Positions 48,797-58,635 of a DNA stretch of 64,000 bases are shown in pieces. The position numbers and the translations under genes were made by a program. The DNA comes from an uncultured Desulfobacter sp. Its GTDB lineage: Bacteria > Desulfobacterota > Desulfobacteria > Desulfobacterales > Desulfobacteraceae. Each line of letters starts with the position of its first letter. The first letter of the stretch is position 1. The notes under the pieces are model-generated. The model searched no databases and was not told where the DNA came from. It was given only the letters and a program-made list of their open reading frames with translations. The DNA is taken from assembly GCA_963665095.1 (NCBI GenBank), contig OY762069.1, positions 2,400,001-2,464,000 on the forward strand, given 5' to 3'.

Positions 48797-49042
48797 ATGA
48801 CAGACCCAAACCCGTCCAGGCCAAACGGCGCTTCCCCCGCTATCCGGCCTGACATGACCGTGCTGGATATTGTTTCCCAGTACCGCGCCACCCAGGATGT
48901 GTTCAAACAATGGGATGACAAGGCCGGCGAGTGCATCTGCTGCAATGCCCTGTTTGAGCCGCTCAAAGCAGTGGCAGAAAAATACAGTCTGGATCTCGAC
49001 ACCCTGACCAGGGAACTTGAGACAGCGACCAAACAAAAGTAA
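48797..49042 (+). CDS. small DUF1858/ScdA_N-like Cys-containing protein
   Basis: I.PDMTVLDIV..Y....VF, CICC, L..VA..Y.LD. Confidence 0.7.
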   Translation: MTDPNPSRPNGASPAIRPDMTVLDIVSQYRATQDVFKQWDDKAGECICCNALFEPLKAVAEKYSLDLDTLTRELETATKQK

Positions 49043-49074
49043 CACGTCAATTCCGCGAGGCCCAAAAGTAAGCT

Positions 49075-49126
49075 ATACTTCGTGATCTTCGGGCTAACTG
49101 TCATTAATTCAGTTACCACGAAGTAT
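49075..49126. repeat. nested inverted repeat between convergent genes
   Basis: ATACTTCGTG/CACGAAGTAT enclosing TAACTG/CAGTTA. Confidence 0.5.
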
Positions 49127-49151
49127 TAAGGGCGTAACTACCTGTAAAATA

Positions 49152-50876
49152 TCAGGTCCGGAACCGGCTCATCATGGCACTGAGCTTCTCAGCCAGGCCG
49201 GAAAGCCCTGTGGCACTCTCTTTCACCTGGACACTGTTGCCTTTCATCTCATCGGTGGAGTGGTGGACTTCAGAAATTGAAAGGGTGATCTCCTTTGCCA
49301 CATCCGAGCTGTGGGCCACGCTTTCATTAACCTGTGAAATACCCTCTGACACATTGGCGACATTCCGGGCGATTTCATGGGTGGCTGCGGACTGCTCCTC
49401 AACAGCTGTGGCATTGGTTGTGACAATATCATTGATCTGGACAATAACATCTGAAATTTTATTGATCTCATCTGCTGAGGTTTTTGCAGAAGCCTGAATT
49501 TCGTCAATCTGGGCCTTGATTTCCAGAGTTGATTTGGCCGTCTGAAGTGCCAGTTCCTTTATTTCGTGGGCAACAACAGCAAACCCCTTTCCTGCTTCCC
49601 CTGCCCTGGCAGCCTCAATGGTAGCATTCAGGGACAAAAGATTGGTCTGGTCGGAAATCTCGTTGATGGTCTCAGTGACATCCCCAATGGCATCTGCCAC
49701 CTTCCCAAGATGGACCATCTGGCGGCTGGCAGACTTTGACTGTTCAACCGCCTTATCCGTTATCGTCTTTGCATGTTCAGTATTTTTCGTGATTTCGCTG
49801 ATTGTATTGGTCATCTCCTCTACAGCACCCATCACGGAATTGACATTGTCTGACGCCGTCATCATGCTGTCGGCAACACGGGTCATGTTGTTACTCATTT
49901 CTGCGGCCGCGCCGGACACGGTGTCTGCCTTAACCGCATTATCCTGGGCAGTAGCCGCCACATTTTCAGAAAGCTGTGTCAGGCCACCGGCCGATACATT
50001 CAACTGGTTGATCCCCTCTTTAATCTGTTCCACCATCTTTCTTAAGCTTCCTGTCATCTCGTTGATACCGGCCACCATAATGCCAAGTTCGTCGTTGCTT
50101 TTCATGTCCAGTGTGTGTTGAAAATCACCGTTTGAAACAGACTGCACAAAAGCAACCGTCTTTTTAAGGGGCGTTGTAATGGAACGGGTAATCAGAAAAG
50201 CAATGACACCGATCACCATTGCGGCAGCAATACTTATGATCGTAAACAGGCGTTTAATCAAATCGGAAAAATACTGGGCCACTTCTCCCATGGTGGCATG
50301 AAATTTTTTAAGCAGGTCAGGCAGCTGCGCCTCAACTCCATGGAATTTGCCGATAATCTCTTTTTTCTTCCCGGGATCCGTTTCCTTTTCATAGGCTTCA
50401 AATATGTTGTGCCATTCGGCTGTGATCTCATGGGCCTGATCAGTGATCCCGATCAGTTTATCGAGCAACGGTTTTCCCTCAAGCGCATTGACCAGGCTGA
50501 CAACCTTGGGAATGGACTTTCTGTATGTATCCCCGGTTTTCTGAACGTAGATGTCCGTAATTTTCTCTACAGACGTCTCTGAGGCCATGATCTTTCTGAC
50601 AACACCCATTCTGGCATCGGTAAGCATAATTGTGGTAAGCAGGTTTAAAATTCTGTCTCCCTGGGCTCTGTCTCCGGAGTTAATATATTTTTCAAAGGTC
50701 CTGCTCACATCACTGGTTAACAGCTCGTATTGATAAGCTGTTTCCTTAATACTTGCTGATTCGCTGATTTTGCCAAAAAATCCCAAGCTGATAAAAACGA
50801 GACTCATTATCGAAACAAGCGCCAGAACAATAATGACAAAAATCTTTTTACCTACTGAATTAAATAACATCCCCAT
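49152..50876 (-). CDS. methyl-accepting chemotaxis protein
   Basis: Two TMs, [31 protein letters not shown]. Confidence 0.97.
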   Translation of the reverse strand: MGMLFNSVGKKIFVIIVLALVSIMSLVFISLGFFGKISESASIKETAYQYELLTSDVSRTFEKYINSGDRAQGDRILNLLTTIMLTDARMGVVRKIMASETSVEKITDIYVQKTGDTYRKSIPKVVSLVNALEGKPLLDKLIGITDQAHEITAEWHNIFEAYEKETDPGKKKEIIGKFHGVEAQLPDLLKKFHATMGEVAQYFSDLIKRLFTIISIAAAMVIGVIAFLITRSITTPLKKTVAFVQSVSNGDFQHTLDMKSNDELGIMVAGINEMTGSLRKMVEQIKEGINQLNVSAGGLTQLSENVAATAQDNAVKADTVSGAAAEMSNNMTRVADSMMTASDNVNSVMGAVEEMTNTISEITKNTEHAKTITDKAVEQSKSASRQMVHLGKVADAIGDVTETINEISDQTNLLSLNATIEAARAGEAGKGFAVVAHEIKELALQTAKSTLEIKAQIDEIQASAKTSADEINKISDVIVQINDIVTTNATAVEEQSAATHEIARNVANVSEGISQVNESVAHSSDVAKEITLSISEVHHSTDEMKGNSVQVKESATGLSGLAEKLSAMMSRFRT

Positions 50877-51115
50877 GATCGCACCTCTCCATGAATCGAA
50901 AATTCTTGATCAATTTTTGATAAATTTCTAACGAGAATTAAGACCGTTTGAATAGTAACGAAAAGCAAAAAATTTTGCAATCAGCATTTTTATCAAAGGA
51001 ATAGGGGCGAAACACCATTAAATGTCAAGTCACTCTTCTGCTTTACAAATATTTTTGAAACTTCTAAAAAATAAACCCAGTTGTCTGGTCCGCACCATCC
51101 CGCTCCAGGGCAATA

Positions 51116-52156
51116 CTACTTGCCGAAGCTGCAGGCTGGGAAGCGGCACTCCCGGCAATTGGCGCAGAACCCGCCATGGCCCATGCGGACAATATCTTCC
51201 CGGGTCAGCGGCAGGCCTGCCAGGATTCTTGGGACCACCAGGTCAAAGATGGAGGCACGGCAGTACATGACGCAGCCGGGAAGACCCACCACAGGCACAT
51301 CGCCGATCCTGGCCAGCATGAACATGGCGCCGGGGAGCACTGGCGCGCCATAGGTAACCACTTCTCCGCCGGCCGCCCGGATGGCCGCAGGGGTCAGGTC
51401 GTCCGGGTCCACGGACATCCCACCGGTGACGGCAATAAAATCAGCACCGTCATTTAAAAACTCCCGGATGGCGGCCACGGTCATCTCCATATCATCGGAG
51501 ACCACCTTTTTGCCCAGAATCTGTGACCCCAGGCTTTCAAATTTGGCGGAAACCACCGGGCCGAACCCGTCCCGGATACGTTTATGAAACACTTCAGATC
51601 CTGTGACCACCAGCCCGACCTGACAGGTTTTAAAGGGCCGGACCTCTATAATGGGATAATGTTTACGGCAGACAGCTTCAGCCATTTCAACGGCATCTGC
51701 AGGTATAGTCAACGGCACCACCCGGGTACCGGCGAGCTCCTCACCTTTCTTCACGTCCCGGTGGGTGTGCAGGGTGGCAAAAATCACATCCTGGATGCTG
51801 TTGAGTTCAAACAGGGCATCCACATTGACGTTGAGCAAACCGTGAATCTCAGAATTAAAGGAGACCTTGCCCTCCCGGGGTTCTGACAGCCGAAGATTTC
51901 CCCCCACAGCTGCCCGGGCAATGCGAAGCGCTGCCTCATCCTCATGCAGTTCGTTTTCAAGGCTTTTGACGTAGATATTTTCCTTGCCCATACTGAGCAG
52001 GACCTCCACATCCTCAGCCGCAATCACATGGCCTTTTTTAAACTGCGGCCCTTTGAACAGATCCGGAATAATGCGCGTGATATCATGGAGCAGCACTTTG
52101 CCCACAGCATCCTTAACCGGAACAGCTTCCATCTTGTCCTTTTCATAATATTTCAT
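51116..52156 (-). CDS. molybdopterin-binding (MoeA-like) protein
   Basis: AVG.VL.HDIT, VTGSEV, TGGMSVDPDD.TP, YGAPVLPG, GLPG, C-terminal CxxCxxCxxPxC. Confidence 0.88.
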   Translation of the reverse strand: MKYYEKDKMEAVPVKDAVGKVLLHDITRIIPDLFKGPQFKKGHVIAAEDVEVLLSMGKENIYVKSLENELHEDEAALRIARAAVGGNLRLSEPREGKVSFNSEIHGLLNVNVDALFELNSIQDVIFATLHTHRDVKKGEELAGTRVVPLTIPADAVEMAEAVCRKHYPIIEVRPFKTCQVGLVVTGSEVFHKRIRDGFGPVVSAKFESLGSQILGKKVVSDDMEMTVAAIREFLNDGADFIAVTGGMSVDPDDLTPAAIRAAGGEVVTYGAPVLPGAMFMLARIGDVPVVGLPGCVMYCRASIFDLVVPRILAGLPLTREDIVRMGHGGFCANCRECRFPACSFGK

Positions 52157-53519
52157 GCATCTTTCCTCTCTTTTTTGGGGTTCTTAGGCTTTTTGACTCC
52201 TGCGTCTGTGTTAACTGAATCATCCGCTTGCCCGGGTTGACATTTTCCGGTGGAAAGGGGCGGATCTGAAATTTTCCCAGCTCCAGCCGGCCTGAATCCA
52301 TGGCCTTTTTTACCCCGTTAATCTTTTCAACAGCCGGTGTCACTGCCTGCCCGGTCAGGGAGGGCCCGGCAACAAATATATCCATCTCCAGAAGTACTCT
52401 GTCTGAATCACTGTGTACCCGGGCGATAAAATCAACCACACCGGGAAGAGTGAACAACGCATCATCCAGATCTGCCATGGACAGCCTGCAGCCTGAATCA
52501 AGGGGCAGGCCTGAAAGTTCCCGGCTTTTCACCCGGTCAAGCCGGGGGAAGGGGCTGCCGCAGGCGCAATCCCCGGCCAGCCACCGGGAAATATCACCTG
52601 TCCGGTATCGGATCAGGGGCATGGCCTGTCGTGAAAGGGTGGTCACCACCACCTCCCCCCATGACCCCGGCGGAAGGGCACGACCGGTTTCCGGGTCCAC
52701 AATCTCAATCACCAGGTGGGGATACCGGAGATGCAGGCCACTGCCGGAAGGGCATTGCATGGCCGCCCCAAAACCGGTCTCCGTCAGCCCGTACTGTGAC
52801 AGGACCCGGGCATTGAACCGTTCTTCAACCCTTCTGGCCAGCACCGGGCTGACATGATCTCCGGTTAAAATAAAAAAGGGAACTTTTGGGATCTCAAGGC
52901 CCTGAGCCGCCATGTACTCCCCTAAAGCCAGCATCTGCACCGGCAGGCCGATGATCACGCCCGGCGATTCTTTTTGCAGGACCAGTGCTGCTTTTTTAAA
53001 ATCCATGACCGGGCCATGCACCAAAGGATTCCCCCCGGCATCAGCCGCCGCCCGGGCGATCAGCTCCCCGGCGGACAGGGGACGTGTGCCGGGGAAAAAA
53101 ATCAGGCAGGTACGCCCCGGTTCCAGGACGTCACTAAGAATGGCGCTGAAATAGTGCCGGGTCATCATCAGCTCTTCACTGGTGAAACAGATCCGTTTGG
53201 CAGGGCCGGTGGTGCCCGAAGTCTCCAGGGTAAAAATTCTGTCCACCTGCGCCTGGGACATACAGGCAAATTTGGGTCCGGACACACTGATATCTTCCGG
53301 TGTGGTAAAGGGCCCAAGGCTCAGGTGGTCCATACTGGAAAACTTATTTATATCCACGCAGCCCAGGTGCCGGCTGTAAAACCGGCTTCTCGCCTTTGCC
53401 CAGGCAAGCGTCTTTTTCAGCGCGGCCATCTGGAATTTTTCAAGCCGGCCCGGATCAGGCGTCGAAAGCCCCGTCTGCCGGCACACCCAGGTATCAAGAA
53501 ATCCATCAAATTCAGCCAT
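52143..53519 (-). CDS. AMP-dependent CoA ligase (PaaK-like, DVU_1553 family)
   Basis: TSGTTGPAKR, YGLTE, EIVDP.TG, MPLIRYRTGD, CACG. Confidence 0.88.
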   Translation of the reverse strand: MAEFDGFLDTWVCRQTGLSTPDPGRLEKFQMAALKKTLAWAKARSRFYSRHLGCVDINKFSSMDHLSLGPFTTPEDISVSGPKFACMSQAQVDRIFTLETSGTTGPAKRICFTSEELMMTRHYFSAILSDVLEPGRTCLIFFPGTRPLSAGELIARAAADAGGNPLVHGPVMDFKKAALVLQKESPGVIIGLPVQMLALGEYMAAQGLEIPKVPFFILTGDHVSPVLARRVEERFNARVLSQYGLTETGFGAAMQCPSGSGLHLRYPHLVIEIVDPETGRALPPGSWGEVVVTTLSRQAMPLIRYRTGDISRWLAGDCACGSPFPRLDRVKSRELSGLPLDSGCRLSMADLDDALFTLPGVVDFIARVHSDSDRVLLEMDIFVAGPSLTGQAVTPAVEKINGVKKAMDSGRLELGKFQIRPFPPENVNPGKRMIQLTQTQESKSLRTPKKRGKMHEIL

Positions 53520-54870
53520 GATGCCGGTACAATCCTTTGCCAGAGGCCGATGTCAGGTTATAGGCGCAAAAGGGGATCAGGCGGCCGTCCGGTGCAACCC
53601 CATGGATGCAGCACCCTTTAAGCCGTTCCAGGTCCAGGTTCCACACATCCTGGAACGCCATGCCGGATACTGTGAACATGCCCTGTTCTGCCTGGCGCAA
53701 AAACCGGTCCAGGCCGTCTTCCTGGCATTTGCAGGTGGTACCTGACGGATTTGTTCCCGGCTTGTTTGGCGTCTGCCAGTGGCGCACCACCGCTTCTTTT
53801 GCCCTGCGCGAGCCCTGTTCCGCCCGCACCGGTGTACAGCAGGCCGTATCCAGGAGGGTGAGCCGGCTTAAAGTGCCGTCAGGCTTTCGCAAAAATTTGC
53901 CCGTGAATGAACAAAGGGCATGTTCACAGGCTGACGGCTTAAAATCATTGACGCAGATTTTGCCGTGGGTCTGTTTTTCAAGGGCATCAAGGACCTCAGG
54001 GATGGTGATCCGGTTTGAATCCTCTGGTGCGGCGCCATGGCGGCCAAAATAGCTCACCGGCTGGAAATGCACGCCCCGTACAGCCGGGGCATGGGCCAGG
54101 CCGAATTCAATGATCCGGCCAATCTCATGAACATTGATCCCCGGGACCAGGGTGGGCACCAGCACCACGCCAATGCCACTGTCAGCACAGGCCCGGATGG
54201 CAGCCTGTTTGATTTCAAACAACGGCCGGCCGCGAAGAGTGTCATAGACCGCGTCCGTCACCCCGTCAAACTGCAGAAAAAGCGATGCCAGACCAGCGTC
54301 AGCCAGCCGGGTGGTAAAGCTTAGGTCTTCTCCCAGCTTCACCCCGTTGGTATTGAGCTGCACAAACCTGAACCCGACCTCTTTGGCCCGGGCTACAATC
54401 TGCGGCAGATCTTTCCGCAGGGAGGGCTCACCCCCGGACAGCTGAAGATTGCAGTCAGGACTGACGGCAATCACCTTTTCCATCAATGATGTTAAAGTCG
54501 CAAGGTCCGGATCTGCACCGGGGAGGGCACCGGCATCGGCAAAGCAGAACCGGCAGTTCAGGTTGCACCGGCCTGTGATATCCAGGACTGCCGTGCAGGT
54601 GTGCTGGCGGTGGTCCGGGCACAGCCCGCAGTCAAAGGGACAGCCATCCTGAATCTGCGTCATGGTAAACCGCTGCTCTATGGGAATTTTCGGCCGGACC
54701 CACCGGTCATAAAGTTGCCGCCCCTGCCAGATTCTGGCTTTGAAATCACCATGGTCCGGGCAGGTTTTTTCCAGGTAAATGGCCTCCCCTTCAGCCGTAT
54801 GCCGGGCATCAATGCGTTTCAGGCACTGGGGACAAAGGCTCTGGGTCTGGTAGGGCAAATTTTCGATCAT
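53512..54870 (-). CDS. trsS: radical SAM protein TrsS (Cys form)
   Basis: SLCPQC, KTCPDHG, CPFDCGLC..H...TC, CNLNCRFC, LSGGEP, CCIH, IPFCAYN. Confidence 0.88.
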   Translation of the reverse strand: MIENLPYQTQSLCPQCLKRIDARHTAEGEAIYLEKTCPDHGDFKARIWQGRQLYDRWVRPKIPIEQRFTMTQIQDGCPFDCGLCPDHRQHTCTAVLDITGRCNLNCRFCFADAGALPGADPDLATLTSLMEKVIAVSPDCNLQLSGGEPSLRKDLPQIVARAKEVGFRFVQLNTNGVKLGEDLSFTTRLADAGLASLFLQFDGVTDAVYDTLRGRPLFEIKQAAIRACADSGIGVVLVPTLVPGINVHEIGRIIEFGLAHAPAVRGVHFQPVSYFGRHGAAPEDSNRITIPEVLDALEKQTHGKICVNDFKPSACEHALCSFTGKFLRKPDGTLSRLTLLDTACCTPVRAEQGSRRAKEAVVRHWQTPNKPGTNPSGTTCKCQEDGLDRFLRQAEQGMFTVSGMAFQDVWNLDLERLKGCCIHGVAPDGRLIPFCAYNLTSASGKGLYRHHG

Positions 54871-55289
54871 TCTTCAGTTTCCGGGTCTGCCGGGTCAATG
54901 CCCTTTTCCACCAGGATCTCCATGAGCCGGTCATGGGCCTGCCCTAAAAGCTGTCCGCAGGTATCCGGGTTCATTTTGGGATAAAAAGGTCCTGAGATCT
55001 CTTTGCAGGCCTGGCACCCGCCGGCCATGGCGGTAAAATCAGCGTTAAAGGTCGTTCGGGCCTGAAGAAAGCTGTCATTATCATGGCACAGGTAAAGGGC
55101 CAGGATGCCGATGCCGGCGGTCAGAATCCCGCACGCCCCGGTGTCCGAGCCATGGCCCAGGCAAAGGCCCCGGGCAAAGCCAATGAGATCCGGATTTTCC
55201 CGATCCATGATATCCAGCACCAGCCGGACCATGATCTGGCTGCAGCAAAGGCCGTCCGATTTCAGCTTGAGAATTTCAATATTATCCAT
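54867..55289 (-). CDS. C-GCAxxG-C-C family redox protein (DVU_1555 family)
   Basis: GLCCSQ, GACGILTAG, CQAC, TC. Confidence 0.85.
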   Translation of the reverse strand: MDNIEILKLKSDGLCCSQIMVRLVLDIMDRENPDLIGFARGLCLGHGSDTGACGILTAGIGILALYLCHDNDSFLQARTTFNADFTAMAGGCQACKEISGPFYPKMNPDTCGQLLGQAHDRLMEILVEKGIDPADPETEE

Positions 55290-55319
55290 GATGCCTTATC
55301 TCTCCAATTTGAGTGTCTG

Positions 55320-56000
55320 TCAGACACGCCGGGCAATGATCATCGCGTATCCCGGTTTCAGTTTTCCCTGCCGGCAGGCTCCTGCAAGGCCCGTATTAAT
55401 GACATCGCAGGTCAAATGCTGCCAGAACGCATCCATACTGCCGTGTTCAAACACCATTTCACAGGCCATCTGTTTCAAAAGCGGCGTATGGTCCTCCCGG
55501 CAAAATATTTCAAATCCGGCTTTCTCCACTGCCATGGCCAGAGCGTCTAAAGTCATGGCCCCGTCCAGGCAGGTGACAGGCGGGTTACATGCAGGTGGCG
55601 CCATATGGGCCGGATGGGCAGGGTCCGGCAGCACCAGATCCGCAAGCACCAGTCTGCCGCCGGGTTTCAGCAGCCGATAAAATGCTTCAAGACAGGCATT
55701 TTTGTCCGGGACCAGGGAGAGCACGCATTCACAAAAAATCCCGTCAAACACACCCGGCCTGAATGGCAGGGCCTCAAGCGCCGCGGCAACAGCTGAAAAG
55801 CCCCCCTCTTCCTGTCCCTGGACCAGCCGCAGGCTTCCTGCATCCACACCAACCGCCTGTACGCCTTTTTCCCGGGTCAGAAATCTGACTGTGGCCCCGA
55901 ACCCGCACCCGGCATCCAGCACTTTTTCGCCCGGTTCAAATCCGCAAGACTCAGCCGCCTTGCGGGTCAAATCCAGCCCGCCGGGCCTATTTGTCCTCAA
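55320..56000 (-). CDS. trsM: SAM-dependent methyltransferase (DVU_1556/TrsM family)
   Basis: RPGGLDLT, VLDAGCGFG, ECVLS, LKPGG.L.LAD, KPGY. Confidence 0.8.
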   Translation of the reverse strand: MRTNRPGGLDLTRKAAESCGFEPGEKVLDAGCGFGATVRFLTREKGVQAVGVDAGSLRLVQGQEEGGFSAVAAALEALPFRPGVFDGIFCECVLSLVPDKNACLEAFYRLLKPGGRLVLADLVLPDPAHPAHMAPPACNPPVTCLDGAMTLDALAMAVEKAGFEIFCREDHTPLLKQMACEMVFEHGSMDAFWQHLTCDVINTGLAGACRQGKLKPGYAMIIARRV

Positions 56001-58557
56001 GGATGTGCTCCACTTCGGCCATTCTGGTACGACTCAGATGGGCACTGATAAATACCGTGCCACACGCCCTGCACTGGGGCAGATCCACATCAAACCGGGA
56101 GCCTAAGTACTCCACATGGTTTTTATAAAATGCCAGAGGCGCATCACACGCCCCGCAGCGCAGGTCCGGGTCATGGTTTTCATCTGGTTTGCCGTCAATA
56201 AAGGTGGCGGACGGGACAATGGTCATACGGTGGGCCCAGGTATCAAGCACCTCGTAGCTCGTGTCGCTGGTGTTAAATTCCACCCAGAAACAGACATTGC
56301 CGAATCGATAATTTGTGATCCGGCTGGCTTTCCCGGTATGGGTGAAAAATTCAAGGGTGTCGGTTTCAAAATGGTCCAGCACCTGTTTGATATCAGACAA
56401 CAGGATAAACTGCTCTTCCATGGCAAGGGCCACTTCAGGCGGCACAAAAAGCGTGCGCCCTGACGGGGTGACAAGGTCTTTCTGCGGGTCAGCCGTATCT
56501 GCGGGCATCACCCCTGCGACAAGCGCGGCTTTAAACAGTACCCGGTTCATCCGGCGCAGGGAAAACCCGGGATCAGGCCGGGCCGCAGCGTCCACGACCC
56601 GTAGGTCCGCTGTCTGGCAGGGGTCCCCGGGGGCCGGCCAGAAAAAATCCAGAATATGGAAAGTCCTGTGGCCGGTGCCGGCCAGGCGGTCCCGGCACAT
56701 GGCGCAATAGGCGATGTAATCCAGGTCGGACTGCCCTGCCCTGTTTTGGATAATCTGTTTTCCCATTTTCGGGTTGGCGTTAAAGGTTAGCCCGCCAAAT
56801 CCGCAGCACTCGGTCAGCGCCCCGGATGCAGCAAGTTCGCTGACCGCGACACCAGCACGATCCGCCAGGATGCGCACGGCATCCTGGATATCTTTGTCCT
56901 CGCGACCGGTGCAGGGGTCTGCCACGGCAGCTGAAATCCCTGTACAGCCCTTGTCCGGCTGACACCCGACATCTGCCATGATCCGGTAAAGGGATATAAT
57001 TTTCTCTTTGGGGATGATTTTCTCCAGCATCCGGCTGCAGGAGGTACAGGCCGTGACCACCTCGGGTGTCCCCCATTGTTCCCACAAAGCTTTAAAATCA
57101 GCCAGCCCCTTTTCAAACAGGTCGCTCCTGCCGGCCCAGAAAGCCGGGGCACTGCAGCAGCCCGCCACAATTCCTGTGGCCGGGGTCTGGTCCTTGAGCC
57201 AGGCATAGGCTTTCGCCACCTGGGACGGTGCAGATCCCACCAGCTGGCATCCCGGGAAAAACATCCGGTCAGAGTGGTCCAGGCCTTTGGCGTGGCCTGC
57301 AAAAAAGCAGGCATCCCCCATGGCATGGTCCATCTCCTGCAGGGCAAATGCGTGGGCTGACGGGGGCATGCGGCCGTCTTTGATCATCTGTTGTCTTGCC
57401 TGCAGGCACAGCTGGGCCATGGAAAAATCATTGGGACAAACCGTGGTGCACAGATCGCACAGGGTGCAGGAGTTAGTCAAAAGATTGGCCTTGCGCTCCC
57501 CCATGACAATGGACAGATTATTGTAGATCTCTCTGGCATACCGGCCGGGGAACCCGCCAAAGGACTGAATAAAGGAGTTACAGGCCCGGATGCAGCGGGA
57601 ACAGTCGCACTGGTGGCAGCGGGCTGCCTCGGATGCTGCCAGTTCCGGGTCCGGGGACTGCCCGGCCGGAACCTTTCGGATACCTGTGGTAGGCGTTGGC
57701 GTAATCCTGGAAAGATCCGTGTCCAGGCGGGTGGTATAGGGGCCTTCCTTTTCCCTGCCCGCATCCAGGGAGACGCCGGACAGAATCCGGTCAATGGAGG
57801 TGGCAGCCTTGCGGCCCTGGAAGGCGAACTGCACGGGACTGCTGGTCGTGGTCACAGCCAGGCCGTCCAAAGAGAACCCTGCGTAAAAAACACCGGTATC
57901 ACCCTTTTTCAAAGAAAAGGCGTCCACCCCGTCAAGGCAGGTCTCAGGGGCCGGGCCATTGTCCGTGTCCAGCCCGATTAGCAGGGCATCAAACTGGTCT
58001 GACTGTTTTTCAAATTCCTGGTACGAAGTCCTGGTTTTAAAGAGGGCACCAAATTTTTTGAGCCGGTCAATCTCCTTATCCAGCACATCCGGCGGCAGGA
58101 TGGCTGCATCCAGGCGGACCAGGTGGCCGCAGGGCTGATCCGCCCCGTCAAAGAGCGTGACCTTGTACCCTTTAAGGCTTAAATCCCAGGCCGCCACAAG
58201 GCTTGAAGCACCAGTCCCCCAGATACCAACGGTTTTATCCTTGGCCGGCGGGGAAAAATATTTTTTCTGCCGGGATCTTGCCCGGACACAAATCCTCTCA
58301 AGGCAGCCAATGGCCAAAGGATCATCAACAGGCTCTCTGACACAGGCCGCTTCACACACATGATCGCAGATCCGCGACAGCACCTCGGGCAGGGGCAGTG
58401 TCTTTTCCAGGACTTTAAATGCCTTGTCAAAATCCCTTTGCGCCATGTGCTGCAAAAAGGTTTTCACATCCACATGAAAGGGGCAGGCAGCCGTGCAGAA
58501 GGCAGGCTCCTCCTGGATGCACCGCTGTTCAAACTGGGTCAGGGTGGATTTTTCCAT
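55987..58557 (-). CDS. pyridine nucleotide-disulfide oxidoreductase / 4Fe-4S dicluster / CCG-domain protein with fused C-terminal DVU_1557-like CxxC domain
   Basis: CIQEEPAFCTAACP, ICDHVCEAAC, CTLCDLCTTVCP, FPGC, CCS/CCG, C-terminal CGAC...YLG.RF.VDLP.CRACG...EDK. Confidence 0.85.
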   Translation of the reverse strand: MEKSTLTQFEQRCIQEEPAFCTAACPFHVDVKTFLQHMAQRDFDKAFKVLEKTLPLPEVLSRICDHVCEAACVREPVDDPLAIGCLERICVRARSRQKKYFSPPAKDKTVGIWGTGASSLVAAWDLSLKGYKVTLFDGADQPCGHLVRLDAAILPPDVLDKEIDRLKKFGALFKTRTSYQEFEKQSDQFDALLIGLDTDNGPAPETCLDGVDAFSLKKGDTGVFYAGFSLDGLAVTTTSSPVQFAFQGRKAATSIDRILSGVSLDAGREKEGPYTTRLDTDLSRITPTPTTGIRKVPAGQSPDPELAASEAARCHQCDCSRCIRACNSFIQSFGGFPGRYAREIYNNLSIVMGERKANLLTNSCTLCDLCTTVCPNDFSMAQLCLQARQQMIKDGRMPPSAHAFALQEMDHAMGDACFFAGHAKGLDHSDRMFFPGCQLVGSAPSQVAKAYAWLKDQTPATGIVAGCCSAPAFWAGRSDLFEKGLADFKALWEQWGTPEVVTACTSCSRMLEKIIPKEKIISLYRIMADVGCQPDKGCTGISAAVADPCTGREDKDIQDAVRILADRAGVAVSELAASGALTECCGFGGLTFNANPKMGKQIIQNRAGQSDLDYIAYCAMCRDRLAGTGHRTFHILDFFWPAPGDPCQTADLRVVDAAARPDPGFSLRRMNRVLFKAALVAGVMPADTADPQKDLVTPSGRTLFVPPEVALAMEEQFILLSDIKQVLDHFETDTLEFFTHTGKASRITNYRFGNVCFWVEFNTSDTSYEVLDTWAHRMTIVPSATFIDGKPDENHDPDLRCGACDAPLAFYKNHVEYLGSRFDVDLPQCRACGTVFISAHLSRTRMAEVEHILEDK

Positions 58558-58586
58558 GGGGCATCCCCAAAGATATTAAACGGAAA

Positions 58587-58616
58587 CGCCCGCCGGAAAA
58601 TACTTCCCGGCGGGCG
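58587..58616 (-). terminator. intra-operon hairpin after mop
   Basis: CGCCCGCCGG/CCGGCGGGCG 10-bp stem, then TTTCCGTTT on the minus strand. Confidence 0.65.
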
Positions 58617-58635
58617 ACCCGTCTATTTGTTAAAT

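Noticed and set aside
47351..56000. Selenocysteine read-through at TGA stops in the yedE and trsS clusters
   Set aside because: TGA at 47903 is followed by TAG; those at 53512 and 54867 overlap the next gene; proteins look complete with Cys at motif positions
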